DNA of 64,000 bases from Alphaproteobacteria bacterium (GCA_964291215.2 OZ219790.1:2240001-2304000), one strand, 5' to 3'; shown: positions 1-11,283, counted from the stretch's first letter. The notes: generated by a model not told the origin, from the sequence alone. Numbers and translations: made by a program.

Positions 1-181
1 CGAGCGGCGCCCCGTAGTGGGGACAGACATTACGGTAGGCGAAAACTTCGCCGCCACGGCGCACGACAAACAGCGGAGCTTCGTCGGCAACATCCTCGAA
101 GCCGCGACTCCCCGGATCCTCGATCTCGTCGAGCCGGCATAGCAGGCGCTGCCCGCCCCCGGCCGCTCCGTCGTCGGCCAT
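1..181 (-). CDS. Rieske (2Fe-2S) ferredoxin-like protein, 5' part (runs off window)
   Basis: Manual translation MADDGAAGGGQRLLCRLDEIEDPGSRGF...FVVRRGGEVFAYRNVCPHYGAPL, containing the Rieske CxH motif. Confidence 0.8.
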   Translation of the reverse strand, partial: MADDGAAGGGQRLLCRLDEIEDPGSRGFEDVADEAPLFVVRRGGEVFAYRNVCPHYGAPL

Positions 182-188
182 CACGTCC

Positions 189-602
189 TCAGGGGTCGAC
201 CCCGGCCATATGGCAGATTACCATCCATTCGTCCTCGGCGACCGGAACCACCGACAGCCGGGATTGCCGCACCAGGGCAAGGTTCGACAGCGCCGGTTCG
301 GCCTTGATATCGGCCAGGGTGATCGGGGTCGCGACCGGCATGACGGCCTTGACGTCGACCATTCCGAACCGCCCCGACTCGTCGGTGGGGTCCGGATAGT
401 GCTCCCGCACCACCTCGACGATTCCGACGATGCGCTTTTCGTTGACAGAGTGGTAGAAGAACCCCCGATCCCCGTTCCGCATTGCCTTCATGTTGTTATT
501 GGCCTGATGGTTACGGACGGCGTCCCATTCCGCCGTTCCCGCCTCGACCTGATCGTCCCAGGACCATGCCCCCGGTTCCGATTTGAACAGCCAGTAGTTC
601 AT
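189..602 (-). CDS. EVE domain protein
   Basis: MNYWLFKSEP...WDAVRNHQA...FFYHS...RQSRLSVVPV is the EVE signature. Confidence 0.93.
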   Translation of the reverse strand: MNYWLFKSEPGAWSWDDQVEAGTAEWDAVRNHQANNNMKAMRNGDRGFFYHSVNEKRIVGIVEVVREHYPDPTDESGRFGMVDVKAVMPVATPITLADIKAEPALSNLALVRQSRLSVVPVAEDEWMVICHMAGVDP

Positions 603-1639
603 GACTTCGGTTTCCCGTCCTCGAGTTCAGTGATCCCGCGCACTGGTCCATCAGTCTCCGCCCTGAGGGGCCGCGACAACAGGACTCCAATGACATCCGC
701 GATGTCGGCGCCCCGATTAAGCACAGCGTCGACGGCTTCGATGATCGGAGCGTCGACGCCAAGCCCGGCCGCCAAAGCGCGGGCGGCAGCCGCAGTATAG
801 ACTCCCTCGGCCACGCTGTTGCGCCCGTTGAGGATCGCAGCAAGTTCGCGCCCAATGCCCAATTCGGTGCCGAGCGCGTAGTTGCGCGACTGCCTGCTCG
901 TGCAGGTCAGCGTCAGATCGCCGAGGCCCGAGAGCCCCATCATGGTATCGGCCCGCCCGCCCTTGGCGACGCATAGCCGGGTCAGCTCGGCAAGACCCCG
1001 CGTGATCAGCGCCGCCCGCGCGTTGTTCCCGAGACCGCGTCCTTCGGCGATTCCGCAGGCGATCGCCAGGACGTTCTTTATCGCGCCTCCGATCTGGGCG
1101 CCGATCACGTCATCGCCCGCATAGGGGCGGAACCGCTCCGATCCGAGGTCTCCTGCAAGACGCGCGGCGCCCGCAAGGTCTGGGCCCGCAAGCGTGACCG
1201 CGGTCGGCTTTCCGAGGGCAACCTCGCGGGCAAAGCTGGGCCCCGACAGCACGAAGACGGGATGCGCCGGCAGCACCGCGGCAACCACCTCGCTCATCAG
1301 GCACAGCGTTTCCTGTTCGATGCCCTTGGCGCAGACGACAAGCGCGGTCGACGGCGCCAGCCGGCCGGCCAGCGGCGCGATGGTCAGGCGAAGATGCTGG
1401 GCCGGAACCGCGAGCAGCAGCGGACCGCATTCCGCCATGGCGGAAAGGTCGGCGGTCGCGCGAATACGGGAATCGAGATCGACGCCGGACAGATAGGCCG
1501 GATTTGTCCGGGTGCTGTTGATTGCATCTGCAACCTCGGGTTCGAACGACCACAGGCGCGGCGTGTGATCGGCGCGGCACAGCGCGACGGCCAGCGCCGT
1601 ACCCCAGGCGCCGGCGCCTATGACGCCAAAGGCGACTAT
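599..1639 (-). CDS. gpsA: NAD(P)H-dependent glycerol-3-phosphate dehydrogenase (start uncertain, possibly ATA at 1639)
   Basis: VIGAGAWGTALA, LSGPSFAREV, GGAIKNVLAIACG, GLGDLTLTCTSRQSRN. Confidence 0.93.
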   Translation of the reverse strand: MVAFGVIGAGAWGTALAVALCRADHTPRLWSFEPEVADAINSTRTNPAYLSGVDLDSRIRATADLSAMAECGPLLLAVPAQHLRLTIAPLAGRLAPSTALVVCAKGIEQETLCLMSEVVAAVLPAHPVFVLSGPSFAREVALGKPTAVTLAGPDLAGAARLAGDLGSERFRPYAGDDVIGAQIGGAIKNVLAIACGIAEGRGLGNNARAALITRGLAELTRLCVAKGGRADTMMGLSGLGDLTLTCTSRQSRNYALGTELGIGRELAAILNGRNSVAEGVYTAAAARALAAGLGVDAPIIEAVDAVLNRGADIADVIGVLLSRPLRAETDGPVRGITELEDGKPKS

Positions 1640-2298
1640 CCCGGCCCCCCGGCAGGGGTGAGGTTCACGGCCACGGAAATGCGGACCCCGCTGCCCCGGT
1701 AGGGCCGCACCCCGTGGGACAACCATGACGGAAACATCAGCATCATTCCCGTACGCGGCGGGACAAGTTCGCTGGCGCCTGCGGACTGCCCGCCGGGCAT
1801 GCTGAAGCCAAGGCTCGGCGCGAGCATCGCGGGCGCGACGCCGCGCGGATCCTGGATCTCGAACTCGCCGCCGACCGCAGCGTCGGCGCCGGCACCGCCG
1901 TCGTCGACGAAATAGGTGGCGGACCAGAACGCTCCCGGATGGGTATGAAATTCGTTGCCGTGGCCGCCGCGGTTGACGTTGGCCCACGCGTTCACGAGCC
2001 ATTTTACGTCGACCGGCCGACCGGCTCGGTCGCAGGTCAGGCGGCTGGCGAGCCTCCGCGCTTCGCCGATAACCCTTGCGGCCGCCTCGCCGCCCCAGTC
2101 TGCGAGATCCCAGCTCGACTGCCAGCCACCGAGGTTGCTGTGCTGCGTGCTCTCGTGGCTGGCGCGACGGTCGAAGATGGTCTTGCGCAGATCCCAGTTC
2201 AGTGCGCGTATATCATCCAGCATCCACCGGACGATCGGGGTTGGAAAGGCTCCGACAATCGACACCTCGGTCGACTGTCGGGCAGAAGGTTTCGCCAC
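1636..2298 (-). CDS. TIGR02466-like putative 2OG-Fe(II) oxygenase
   Basis: SNLGGWQS, AWANVNRGGHGNEFHTHPG, MFPSWLSHGVRPY; GTG start with AGGA upstream. Confidence 0.8.
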   Translation of the reverse strand: MAKPSARQSTEVSIVGAFPTPIVRWMLDDIRALNWDLRKTIFDRRASHESTQHSNLGGWQSSWDLADWGGEAAARVIGEARRLASRLTCDRAGRPVDVKWLVNAWANVNRGGHGNEFHTHPGAFWSATYFVDDGGAGADAAVGGEFEIQDPRGVAPAMLAPSLGFSMPGGQSAGASELVPPRTGMMLMFPSWLSHGVRPYRGSGVRISVAVNLTPAGGPG

Positions 2299-2302
2299 GG
2301 TC

Positions 2303-3115
2303 CTACTGGCCGGATCCGCGCATGCGGTGACGGCGCAGGAAGCCTCCCACCGCTTCGTTGTACGCATCGACCAGGATATGGATCACGAAATGCCCGCCGG
2401 TCGGCAGCACCACCTTTTCCGCCCCGGGTACGGCTTCGGCGATCTCGTCGGACAGGTGGCGCGGCGTCACCATGTCGTCTTCAGCGACAATGACCAACGT
2501 CGGCGCCTTGATGTCGGCGAGCCGGTCGCGGCGGTCGAAGGCGCAGATGGCATCGATCCGGCTCCGCATGATCTCCATCGGCTGGCCCGAACCGGCGATA
2601 TGGGCCTCCTGCTCGGCCATCAGCCCTTCGTTCTCGGTGACGTACCACGGCGAATGGAGGCTGAGCAGGGAATGACGGGCGTATTCTGCTGTGCCGAGCG
2701 TGGTCAGCACCGCGCGCCGCGCCGCGAAGGCGCGCCGAAAATACGGATCCTGACCGGGCCAGGTCGCGCTCAGCACCAACGCTCCGAGGCGGTCCGGATA
2801 GTCCTGGGCAACGATCTGGCCCATCGCACCGCCGGTGGAATGGCCGACCCAGTGCGCGCGCTCTATTTTGAGACGATCCAGAAGGCGGATCGCATCTGCC
2901 GCCATCTGGTCGACCGAGTAGTCGATGAGCGATGGGGTACTTTGGCCGCATCCGCGATGGTCATGAGTAATTACCCGGAAATCGCGCGCCAACTCGGGCA
3001 CCTGACGATGCCAGACATTGCCGCCGCCGCCAAGGCCCGGCACCAGCATCAACGGTTCGCCGACGCCGGTCTCCTCGTAGTAGATCTCGGCGTCGCCGAT
3101 ATCAACCGCAGGCAT
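2303..3115 (-). CDS. Alpha/beta hydrolase, RutD-like
   Basis: PGLGG, DHRGCGQS, GHSTGG nucleophile elbow, DPYFRRAFAAR, GGH. Confidence 0.85.
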   Translation of the reverse strand: MPAVDIGDAEIYYEETGVGEPLMLVPGLGGGGNVWHRQVPELARDFRVITHDHRGCGQSTPSLIDYSVDQMAADAIRLLDRLKIERAHWVGHSTGGAMGQIVAQDYPDRLGALVLSATWPGQDPYFRRAFAARRAVLTTLGTAEYARHSLLSLHSPWYVTENEGLMAEQEAHIAGSGQPMEIMRSRIDAICAFDRRDRLADIKAPTLVIVAEDDMVTPRHLSDEIAEAVPGAEKVVLPTGGHFVIHILVDAYNEAVGGFLRRHRMRGSGQ

Positions 3116-3120
3116 GGCCG

Positions 3121-3636
3121 CTACGCATCCCCGTCCGCCGCACGCACCGTGTCGTTCATGCCGAGCGAGCGTTCTATCGCGACGACGTCAACCGGACGCT
3201 CGAACGGCTCCGGTTCCGGATCGTGCAGTTCGCGACGGCGGCCGATCGTCTCGAAGAAGTTCTCAAGGCCCGGCGGCGCGATCACCCACAGCATCACCAG
3301 CTCCTCATCTCCGTCATTGACGATCTCGTGCTTGACATCGTATCCGAGGAAACAGGCCGACCCGGGCGCCAGCTCGTGGCGAACGTCGTCGACGAGCACA
3401 TGGCCGCAGCCGCGGAAGCAGACCTGGATCTCGATCTGGTCCCCATGCGAGTGCGGACGTACACGCCCGCCCACAGCTATGGTCTGGTAGCCCATCGACA
3501 GGCCATCGAACCCGGTGTTCTCCGGCATCAGCTTCGGATCTGCGTGGCCGTTGGCCGGAACCGGTTGCCACCAACTCGGCCCCTCGTCGGGTTGAATCAC
3601 GACGGCATGCCCGCGCGATCCAGCGTCACTGCTCAT
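3121..3636 (-). CDS. Cupin domain protein
   Basis: PHSHGDQIEI...KHEIVNDGDEELVMLWVIAPPGLE cupin motifs. Confidence 0.85.
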   Translation of the reverse strand: MSSDAGSRGHAVVIQPDEGPSWWQPVPANGHADPKLMPENTGFDGLSMGYQTIAVGGRVRPHSHGDQIEIQVCFRGCGHVLVDDVRHELAPGSACFLGYDVKHEIVNDGDEELVMLWVIAPPGLENFFETIGRRRELHDPEPEPFERPVDVVAIERSLGMNDTVRAADGDA

Positions 3637-3843
3637 GATATGTCTCCCGACCGTTTTGGGTACTGCTACCTTACGCCGCTTCGCCGGCAAAACCAAGCTG
3701 CCGCCCGGTCCGAACTTTCCTTGCTCGCCACCGCCAGACTAGTCGCCGGTCGCGGGCAGTTACCGACAACTCCAACGAGTCCAATACCCCAGCACCACGG
3801 CGATCCCACGTTAGGTTTGTTGGAAGGGTCGGTTTTGCTTGTT

Positions 3844-5090
3844 CAGGATGATTCGCATTTTCGCTGGCTTTTTGTGAAGCGGCGTAGTATCCGTTGTCGT
3901 GGGGGCAGCGGATTTTTTTGAGACGACTCCGGAGGGTTTTGCGCTCCGGGATGTGGTTGTGCGCCTTGCGCGGCCTGATATCGCTGGAACCGTGTTGTTG
4001 ACCGTATCTTGGTTTCAAGCAGTTTGCCGGTCGGGGTCTGCGTGTTTACTTGGCGCGGGCGGTGGATTGGTGCTGCGGGCTGGCAGACGGGCGCCCTCAG
4101 CTGCGCACCCGTTGGCTGGCGCCGCGAGGAACAGTTCAGGCGGTTGCCGGGAACAACACGAGGTTTGTTGTTCCTGGTGGTCGCCGAGTGTTTCCGGGCC
4201 TCGTTTGCGTTGTCGCGGATGGTGCGGCGGCGGCCGGGAGGCTGGCGTTGCTTGTTGCGGAGTCGTTTGTCTCGCCGACGAAGTTCAGCAGCACCATGTA
4301 CAAGGCGGCGAACCGGGAGTGTGTTGGCAGGAGCCATGCGCGCGCCAGCGGGCGCCATAGCGACCGGGGAGGCGAAGGATCTTTACGTGTTTCCGCTGCG
4401 TCGCGACGCGGGATCGTTCGCCGCTTCCTGTGGCGTGGGAGTTGCGGGCGCCGCTGGTCGGCGCAGGAGTTGCGCTCGATTTATCAGCGGCGCTTTCTGG
4501 CGCGGGGCACCGCATCGCCTCGGTGCTGTGCGTGATTTTGCTGGCTTGCGAACCGGCACGGTTGCGGCGGCGCACTACGACGCAGAAGGAGCTGGAGCAG
4601 CATGGAAGAACAGGGACAAGCCGGTCTCCACCGTGCACCGGGTGCTGCAGAACACCGACCCGGGATGGATCGAGGATGCGGCGCGCAGCCGCAGGTCGGC
4701 AACGCGGTCGACGGCAAGCGCATCGGCGAGGATCATTACGAGACAGTTTCGCTGGCCGGTATTCGATCCTCAACTATCACGACGGGGAGATCGCTGCCGT
4801 CCACGCCGCGACGGCGCTGGCCGTCTGCTCACCCTCGACGCGCTCCACACCACCCGCGAGGCTGATCATCGAGACCCATCGCGCGGACTGATGGTCAAGG
4901 GCAACGCACCTTCGAGAGAGCATCAACTGGAAGACCGCCAGCGCTACAACGAAAAGCCCGCGCATGGCCGCCAGCGCACCATCTTCACCCCGCTGGCGAA
5001 GATGATCAACTAATCAAGCAGATCTTCCGCGTCACCCGACGCGTCGAATTCAAGAAATCCGGAAAACCGAATACGCCATGACCTTATATG
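3844..5090 (+). mobile_element. Decayed ISAs1-family element, 5' part, with N-terminal DUF4338-like domain
   Basis: Fragments STVHRVL, LLTLDALHTTRE, VKGN, HGR (ISAs1); NNTRFVV and MYKAANRECVGRS (DUF4338); leader repeated at about 59643-59845. Confidence 0.7.
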
Positions 5091-5092
5091 AC

Positions 5093-6196
5093 TAGTGTTA
5101 TGTCAGCAATGATATGTCGTACATTTGGTGCTAGACTGTCCGTCCATTCGGGATGGAAGTCGGAGTATGAAACGCTACGTGGTGACCCTGGACGAACGGG
5201 TAGAACTTTCGGAGATCAAGGGCTCGCACCTGTCGCAAAAGGTAATCAACGCCCTGCTTAACTGCGACGAGGGCGCGTTCAATGAATGCCAGATGACCGG
5301 GAAGGTCATTGCCGAGATTCTGCGCATCAGCATGCGCAAAGTAGACCGGGTGAAAAAGCGTTTCGAGGGGTTGGAGGCGGCATTGGGTGGCCGGCAAGGA
5401 CGCCGTCCTACCTACATGCGAAAAGCCGACGGCGTCTTCGAGGCGCGCTTGGTGGCCCTGAGTTGTGGTGAACCGCCTGAGGGTTACGCGCAATGGTCGT
5501 TGCGGCTGCTGGCCGACCGCGTTGTCGAGCTTGGTTACGCCGTGTCACACGAGACGGTGCGGCGTGTTCTAAAAAAAACTGCCTCAAGCCATGGCAGCGG
5601 GTGGGTGATTCCTCCTCAAGGGAACGCCGACTTCGCCGCAGCGAAGGTACTCGATCGCCGTCCCGCCGCTTTCCCCGTGGTCTGCATGGACGAAACGCCC
5701 CGACCGGCGAGACACGGCAACCGATCGCCATGGCGCCGGGACGGGCGTAACGACTACGAGTATCGACGTTGCGGCACCTGCAACGTCTTCACGGAACCCC
5801 TGGCCGGCAAGCGCATGACCAAGGTAACCGAGCGCAAGATCGACTGGGCGCAGTTCCTGGCCGACATCGCCGGGCGCTACCAGGACGCCATCACCATCAC
5901 CCTGGTGATGGACAATCTCAACACTCCCCGGCGCCTTCTATGAGGCCTACCCGCCGGACGAGGCCTTGTGGGACCGCTTCGAGTTCGTCTACACCCCCAA
6001 GCACGGCAGTTGGCTGAACGTGGTGGAACTCAACGTCATGATCCGCCTGAACCGCCGCATCGAGGTGTTACGCCGGGAAGTTGCCGCCTGGCAGGCGACC
6101 GCATCCAGGCCAAGGTGGATTGGCAGTTCACCACCGACGATGCCCGCGTGAAACTCAAACGTCTTTATCCGACATTTTATGAATGACAAAACACTA
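5093..6196 (+). mobile_element. Decayed IS630-family element
   Basis: Ends CTAGTGTTATGTCA / TGACAAAACACTAG; WSLRLLA, VVCMDE, DYEYRRCGT, VMDNLNT, TPKHGSWLN; A8 slippery run at 5571. Confidence 0.88.
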
Positions 6197-6439
6197 GGTT
6201 TTGTCCCCTTGATGATGAAATCATCCACAGCAGTTGGGGGCGGGAAAATGTGGATCTGTGGGAGAGCTATGGTTGCAGAGAGATTCCGCTCCCCTGAGCG
6301 AACACGCACAGGGGAGCGGGGATCAAACGATCTCCGCGGAGGTTGCCGTTTTGACCTTGACAGAGCCGCGACCGAGTGTGGTCGGCCAACCTCCCTTGAC
6401 GTCCCTCGCTGGATGCTTGAACCCGTATCATCGTAAGGC

Positions 6440-7130
6440 GAGGAGCAAGGGACGATGGTCAAGGTAGTAGCAGGGGTCAGCAAGGCCAGTCTGGACATCT
6501 GTGCGGCGGGCATTGTTTTGCGAACGACGCCACGAGCTGGCGGGCAGGTGGCTTCGCGGCCTCGGGGTGAGCCGGGTGGTGGGCGACAGGCCGCTATCAC
6601 CGCAAGGTTCACCAGTGTCTTCATGACCGGGGCTTCGAGGTTATTCTCGTCAACCCGTTGCGGGCTTCGCCGAGGCGATGGGCCATCTGGCGAAGACCGA
6701 CCGCGTCGACGCCAAGCAGGTGGCAGATGAGGTGGATGGCGAGACCGTCACAAGGGCCTCGGCGGCCGATCTCGATGATCGCATTGCCGGCGCGGCGATC
6801 AAAGCGGTGATCGCCGGTGATCCCGAGCAGAGGTATGCCATCCTGACCTCGATCCGGTGACCGCCGCGGCCCTTCTTTGCTGGATGCCCGAACTCGGCAG
6901 CGTCGGCAGCCTTGATCGGGGTGGCGCCGATGGCCAACGACCACGGTGCTCGGCATATCCGTGGCGGGCGCCGAAGGCCACGCGATCTCCTGTTCATGGC
7001 CGCAACCGGCACGCTTCAACGCGGACCTGGTGCGCCTCAAGACTGCCGGCAAGGCCCACAAGGTCGCGATTGTCGCCGTGATGCGCAAGCTCTGGCGAAC
7101 ACCCTGCTGCGACAGCAGCGTTGCCTGAAG
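6440..7130 (+). pseudogene. Decayed IS110-family transposase
   Basis: Fragments GVSKASLD, AKTDRVDA, IRGGRR, GKAHKVAIVAVMRKL in different frames. Confidence 0.75.
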
Positions 7131-7429
7131 CACCGGCACGGTGAGTGAGCGAAGGAGACCACCCTCATGGCCCTCACCCCTGCCGAGAGCGCGATCGGGA
7201 CTGTCTCGACAGTCTCCCTCTACGACACGACTTGGGGAGAATGTCTGCAGATCATCGTCGAGGTCGACATCAAGGAGATCGAACCGCCTTGGGACACCTG
7301 GAACCCGGACGGTCACGTGCCCGGGGACGGCAAGGTAGCCGCGTTCACGTGACCAATGGACGGCAACCCGCCGCCGGGACCACAAGCTTCATGTCGCCTC
7401 GCTCGCAGAGCAAACCCCACACCGCTTGT

Positions 7430-7760
7430 GGACAACCACAGAAAACATCACCACAGACACCCGCAAAAACCTTGCCAAGAAACATGGATGCTCGGTCGAG
7501 CGCGCCTCGCCGCAACAGCTGCTCGCATGGAATCGCGGACACTGGGTAGTCGAGAGCCACCATCATGTCCGCGATGCCACCTTCCGCGAAGACGACTCCA
7601 TGCTCCGAACGCACCCGCAAACAACGCAATCACCCTCGCCGTCATCATCCGCAACAAACGCAAGCTGCGCAAACCCTTCAACAGCTTCCCACCATGGCAA
7701 CAAGCGCAAGCAGGTCCTGCACGCAATCACAAGACCAGGCTGATCGAGCCTCTCTCCCCG
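7430..7760 (+). pseudogene. ISAs1-family transposase, 3' remnant
   Basis: LLAWNRGHWVVESHHHVRDATFREDDS is the ISAs1 C-terminal motif. Confidence 0.8.
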
Positions 7761-7944
7761 ACAGAAACTGCAAGCTTTCGAGCCCGGCAACCAAGGCCTC
7801 TCGCTCGCCCCGGATACGCCGACCAATCGCACCCCGATCGACGCCGTAACAGCGCGTCAGCAAATCTCAAAATCGCAGCCTCGAACGCGTCGACCCGCGC
7901 CACGATCAGGACTCCGATCACATCACATCAACAAGCATGGGATC

Positions 7945-9001
7945 ACCTTGGCAAACGGAGCAACGGATCTGGGGCGGATCTTTGGTCAGCTCTTCGAGCT
8001 TGCGATGCAAATCGAGCGCGAGCAGCACTTGAATGCGGGCCGCTACGAACGGACACCGGAACGACAGGGCTATGCCAACGGCTACAAGCGGATCGACACC
8101 CCCACTGTTACCGTTCAGGTACCAAAGACGGCCGGTCACGGGGACGACCCGTCCCCAGTCGCTTGAACGCAGCCAGCGATCTTCTCGCGCCGTAGCCGAG
8201 ATGTACATCAAGGGTGTTTCCACACGGCAGGATGTAATGCGCGAGTTCGGGAGCCTGTCCTCTTCTCAGGTCAGCCGGGCCACCAGGTTGCTCGATGAAG
8301 AACTCGCCGCGCAACCGGCCCCTGATGAAATACCTGGATGCGCGCTACGAAAAAGCCCGCCATGACGGCGTTGTGCGCGATGTCGCAGTGCTCTCGGCCA
8401 TCGGAATAGGGGCTGCAGGCACGTTCTGGGGCTCTCTGTGGCGCTCTCCGAGGCCGAGGTCCATTGGAGAGCCTTCCTGGAAAGCTTGCTAGCCCTGCAT
8501 GGTACGACCTTCATCGTCTCGGATGCCGGGCTGAAAGCAGCACGACGCGCGGTGCTGGGCGCGGCGATGTGGCAGCGCTGCCAGTTCCACCTGGCGCAAA
8601 ACGCCGTGCACCGAACAACGACATCAGGAAACGTATTGGAAAACAGCTCGGAGCCATGCGTCCTCACTCCAAACCGCCGAGGCTGAACTGGCCGCCCTCG
8701 TGGCCAGCTATCGCGACAAGCATCCAAGCTTCCTGGCTGGAAAACAATGCGGGGCTCGCTGTCTTCACCTTGCCCGATGCTCACCACAAGCGCATGCGAA
8801 CCTCGAATGGCATCGAGCGACCGATCCAGCAAGAGCTCAAGCGGCGCACCTCCAAAGTCAGGGTCTTTCCGAACCTCGCCTCATTGGAGCGCCTCTCAAC
8901 CGCGGTCCTCATCGACGAAAAATGGGAAACCGAAACCAAGATCAAATGGGAACAGCTCGATCAGCTTCACGACAATTTCCAGACATCGGGTTGCGTAATC
9001 C
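7945..9001 (+). mobile_element. Decayed IS256-family element, copy A (5'-truncated)
   Basis: RQGYANGYK, AEMYIKGVSTR, WQRCQFH, RTSNGIER, VFPN; near-identical to copies at 27.2 kb and 60 kb. Confidence 0.9.
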
Positions 9002-9108
9002 CATCTTGTACAGGAACTCTCGCCGCTACTGGACAGCTCCGCAACATCATGCGTCTAAAAACACATGGCCACAGCCCATCATGTGTTGCACTTCACTATG
9101 GAACGGGG
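9002..9108 (-). repeat. IS30-family left-end fragment
   Basis: Near-identical to 28449-28557, 58737-58844 and 59535-59642; contains TGTTGCACTTCACTATGGAA. Confidence 0.8.
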
Positions 9109-9257
9109 GTCAGAAAGCTCAGCGCATCCGGCACAAAAGGCGCGTCTGCCTGCTGGCCGAAAAGGTCGGTGGGCGTCAGTGACAGCGACAGACCGGCTGC
9201 CGCGCCGGCCACGCCAATCAGGAACGCGCGGCGGGTGGGCGTTTGAAACAGGGTCAT
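9109..9257 (-). pseudogene. Truncated Tat-exported molybdopterin subunit (IorB-like), N-terminus only
   Basis: MTLFQTPTRRAFLIGVAGAAAGLSL twin-arginine signal directly after the 2Fe-2S gene, cut by the IS30 end. Confidence 0.6.
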
Positions 9258-9267
9258 TTCGGCCTCC

Positions 9268-9720
9268 TCAAACCGATTCGGCGGCGTGACGGATCGCGGC
9301 CTTGATGCGTGGGTAAGTTCCGCACCGACAGATATTTGTCATGGCATCGTCGATGTCCTGATCCGTCGGCTCGGGAATTTCGGCCAGCAGGGCTGCGGCG
9401 GCCATCAGCTGCCCCGACTGGCAGTAACCGCATTGCGGCACGTCAATCTCCAGCCAGGCCTGTTGCACAGCATGTAATGCGTCGGGTGTACCCAGTCCCT
9501 CGATTGTGGTGATCTCGGCCCCCTCCGCTGTGTCCGCAGGATAGGAGCAGGACCGGACCGCCACGCCGTCCACATGCACCGTGCAGGCCCCGCATTGGGC
9601 GATACCACAGCCGAACTTTGTTCCCGTCAGCCCTGCTTCTTCCCGGATTGCCCACAAGAGCGGCGTGCCCGGATCGACATCCGCTTCAATTTCCCGACCG
9701 TTTATCTTGAGTTGGACCAT
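9268..9720 (-). CDS. (2Fe-2S)-binding subunit of xanthine dehydrogenase / isoquinoline 1-oxidoreductase family (IorA-like)
   Basis: [33 protein letters not shown]. Confidence 0.92.
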   Translation of the reverse strand: MVQLKINGREIEADVDPGTPLLWAIREEAGLTGTKFGCGIAQCGACTVHVDGVAVRSCSYPADTAEGAEITTIEGLGTPDALHAVQQAWLEIDVPQCGYCQSGQLMAAAALLAEIPEPTDQDIDDAMTNICRCGTYPRIKAAIRHAAESV

Positions 9721-9790
9721 ATCGCCCTCCCTGATTCAGTTGTCTTGATTAGACACGTCACAAAGCCCGACCGCCTTGTAGTATCGTGCT

Positions 9791-10642
9791 TTAATTGCCC
9801 ACGATTTCGTTACGCCACTCCGAGGGCGTGGTGCCGGTCAGACGTTTGAACGTGTGCGAGAAGTGGGACTCGTCGTGATAGCCCATGGCCGCCGCGATAA
9901 TCGCACCGGTGTTGCGATGATCCCGCAGAAGGGACTTGGCCCGCTCGACCTTGAGGCGCAGGACGAATTCGTAGGGCGCATAGCCTGTCGAAGCCTTAAA
10001 GGCGCGACTGAATGCATAGTGGCTCATGCCCGCCACCTTGGCCAGATCACCAACCCTGACGGTCTGGTCGTGCTGTTCGATCAAATATTCGATCACGCCC
10101 CGCATTTGCGTTGGCGACAGGCTGTGCGTCGGCATTCCGGGAGTCCCGCTGTTGCCGAGAATGGCACCGAACAGCGTTTCTATGATCAGATCACCGTGGA
10201 AAACCGGGGTGCGTAACTCATCTAAAATCAAAGGCCCGAAACGTTGAATCCTGTCACCCGGTAACACCCAATGTCCCGGTGCAACCATCCCGGCCAAGGC
10301 ATTATCCGCTTCGACCAGGTCTTGCGGGATGGAAAGACGCAGATACTCTGCCTCGCACGCCCAGACCCGTTTCGAATAGGGTTTCTGCCGCATGATGACG
10401 GTTTTTCCCGGTGGGGCAGGGCTCATCCGGTAAGGACCGCCATCGCTCCACCAGACCACCGAACCGCTGCCAAGCTGGATGTGGACCTCGATCCCGCTCA
10501 CGAAATCCGGTTCCACATAGCCGGCCGTCGATTTCTCGACGACGGCTGTGATCCGCTGCCAGCCGAGATCGGCGCTGGTCGCGATTTCCGAGATGTTTGA
10601 TGGGCCAAGGTCAAGCAAGGTGGTATCCTGTTGAAAATTCAT
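9791..10642 (-). CDS. AraC-family transcriptional regulator
   Basis: C-terminal double HTH: LAKVAGMSHYAFSRAFK...GYHDESHFSHTFKRLTGTTP. Confidence 0.9.
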   Translation of the reverse strand: MNFQQDTTLLDLGPSNISEIATSADLGWQRITAVVEKSTAGYVEPDFVSGIEVHIQLGSGSVVWWSDGGPYRMSPAPPGKTVIMRQKPYSKRVWACEAEYLRLSIPQDLVEADNALAGMVAPGHWVLPGDRIQRFGPLILDELRTPVFHGDLIIETLFGAILGNSGTPGMPTHSLSPTQMRGVIEYLIEQHDQTVRVGDLAKVAGMSHYAFSRAFKASTGYAPYEFVLRLKVERAKSLLRDHRNTGAIIAAAMGYHDESHFSHTFKRLTGTTPSEWRNEIVGN

Positions 10643-10872
10643 GGGTGAACGCGGGGTTCCTGGGTTTCGTGGCGGTTATGGCGATCGGCTTTCATCGTCG
10701 CTCAATCAACTGTTGCACGATGCGCCGGTCCTGCGCGCGCACAGTGCCCTATGGTGTCGCGGAACGCGGGATCGAGGCCGATCCGGTCACCCTGATCCTC
10801 GGGCCACGCGTCAACCGGCACAAGCAGCCCGAGCATCAGACATATGGCAACACGGATCGTCATCGCGGCATG

Positions 10873-11259
10873 CTACCTGCCGGTCACGCGCCAACTGTCG
10901 ATCTTGCCGTCCTTGACGGCAAAGATGTAACGCGCGGGCCGCGTGGCGTTACCGCCTCTGCCCCACAGAACCTCGGCGTCGACCGTGCCGTCCGCGACCG
11001 TCGCGGCTTCGATCTCAAAGACAGACCCCGGGCCGGTGATGTCGCTTTGCAGCCAGCTGTCGAAGCTGTCGCCGCGGTTCAGATCGCCATCTACCGAGTA
11101 GGCATAGCCCGCATCCTCGGTGAAAGCTGCGGCGACGGCCTCGGTATTGCCGGCCTTTAGGGCGGCGACCAGCGCGTCGACCGCATCGCGGGCCGGATCG
11201 GCTTTCGCCGGCAGGGCCGCCGAGGCGGCGAGGATAAGAGAGAGTGCGAGATGTTTCAT
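10873..11259 (-). CDS. Secreted NTF2/SnoaL-like protein
   Basis: Signal peptide MKHLALSLILAASAALPAKA; AVAAAFTEDA and FAVKDGKI motifs. Confidence 0.75.
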   Translation of the reverse strand: MKHLALSLILAASAALPAKADPARDAVDALVAALKAGNTEAVAAAFTEDAGYAYSVDGDLNRGDSFDSWLQSDITGPGSVFEIEAATVADGTVDAEVLWGRGGNATRPARYIFAVKDGKIDSWRVTGR

Positions 11260-11283
11260 TGCATCGTCCTTTCGTTGGTCAAA

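Noticed and set aside
10700-10863. Short minus-strand ORF with a signal-like start (MTIRVAICLMLGLLVP)
   Set aside because: About 53 aa with no recognisable family; insufficient support
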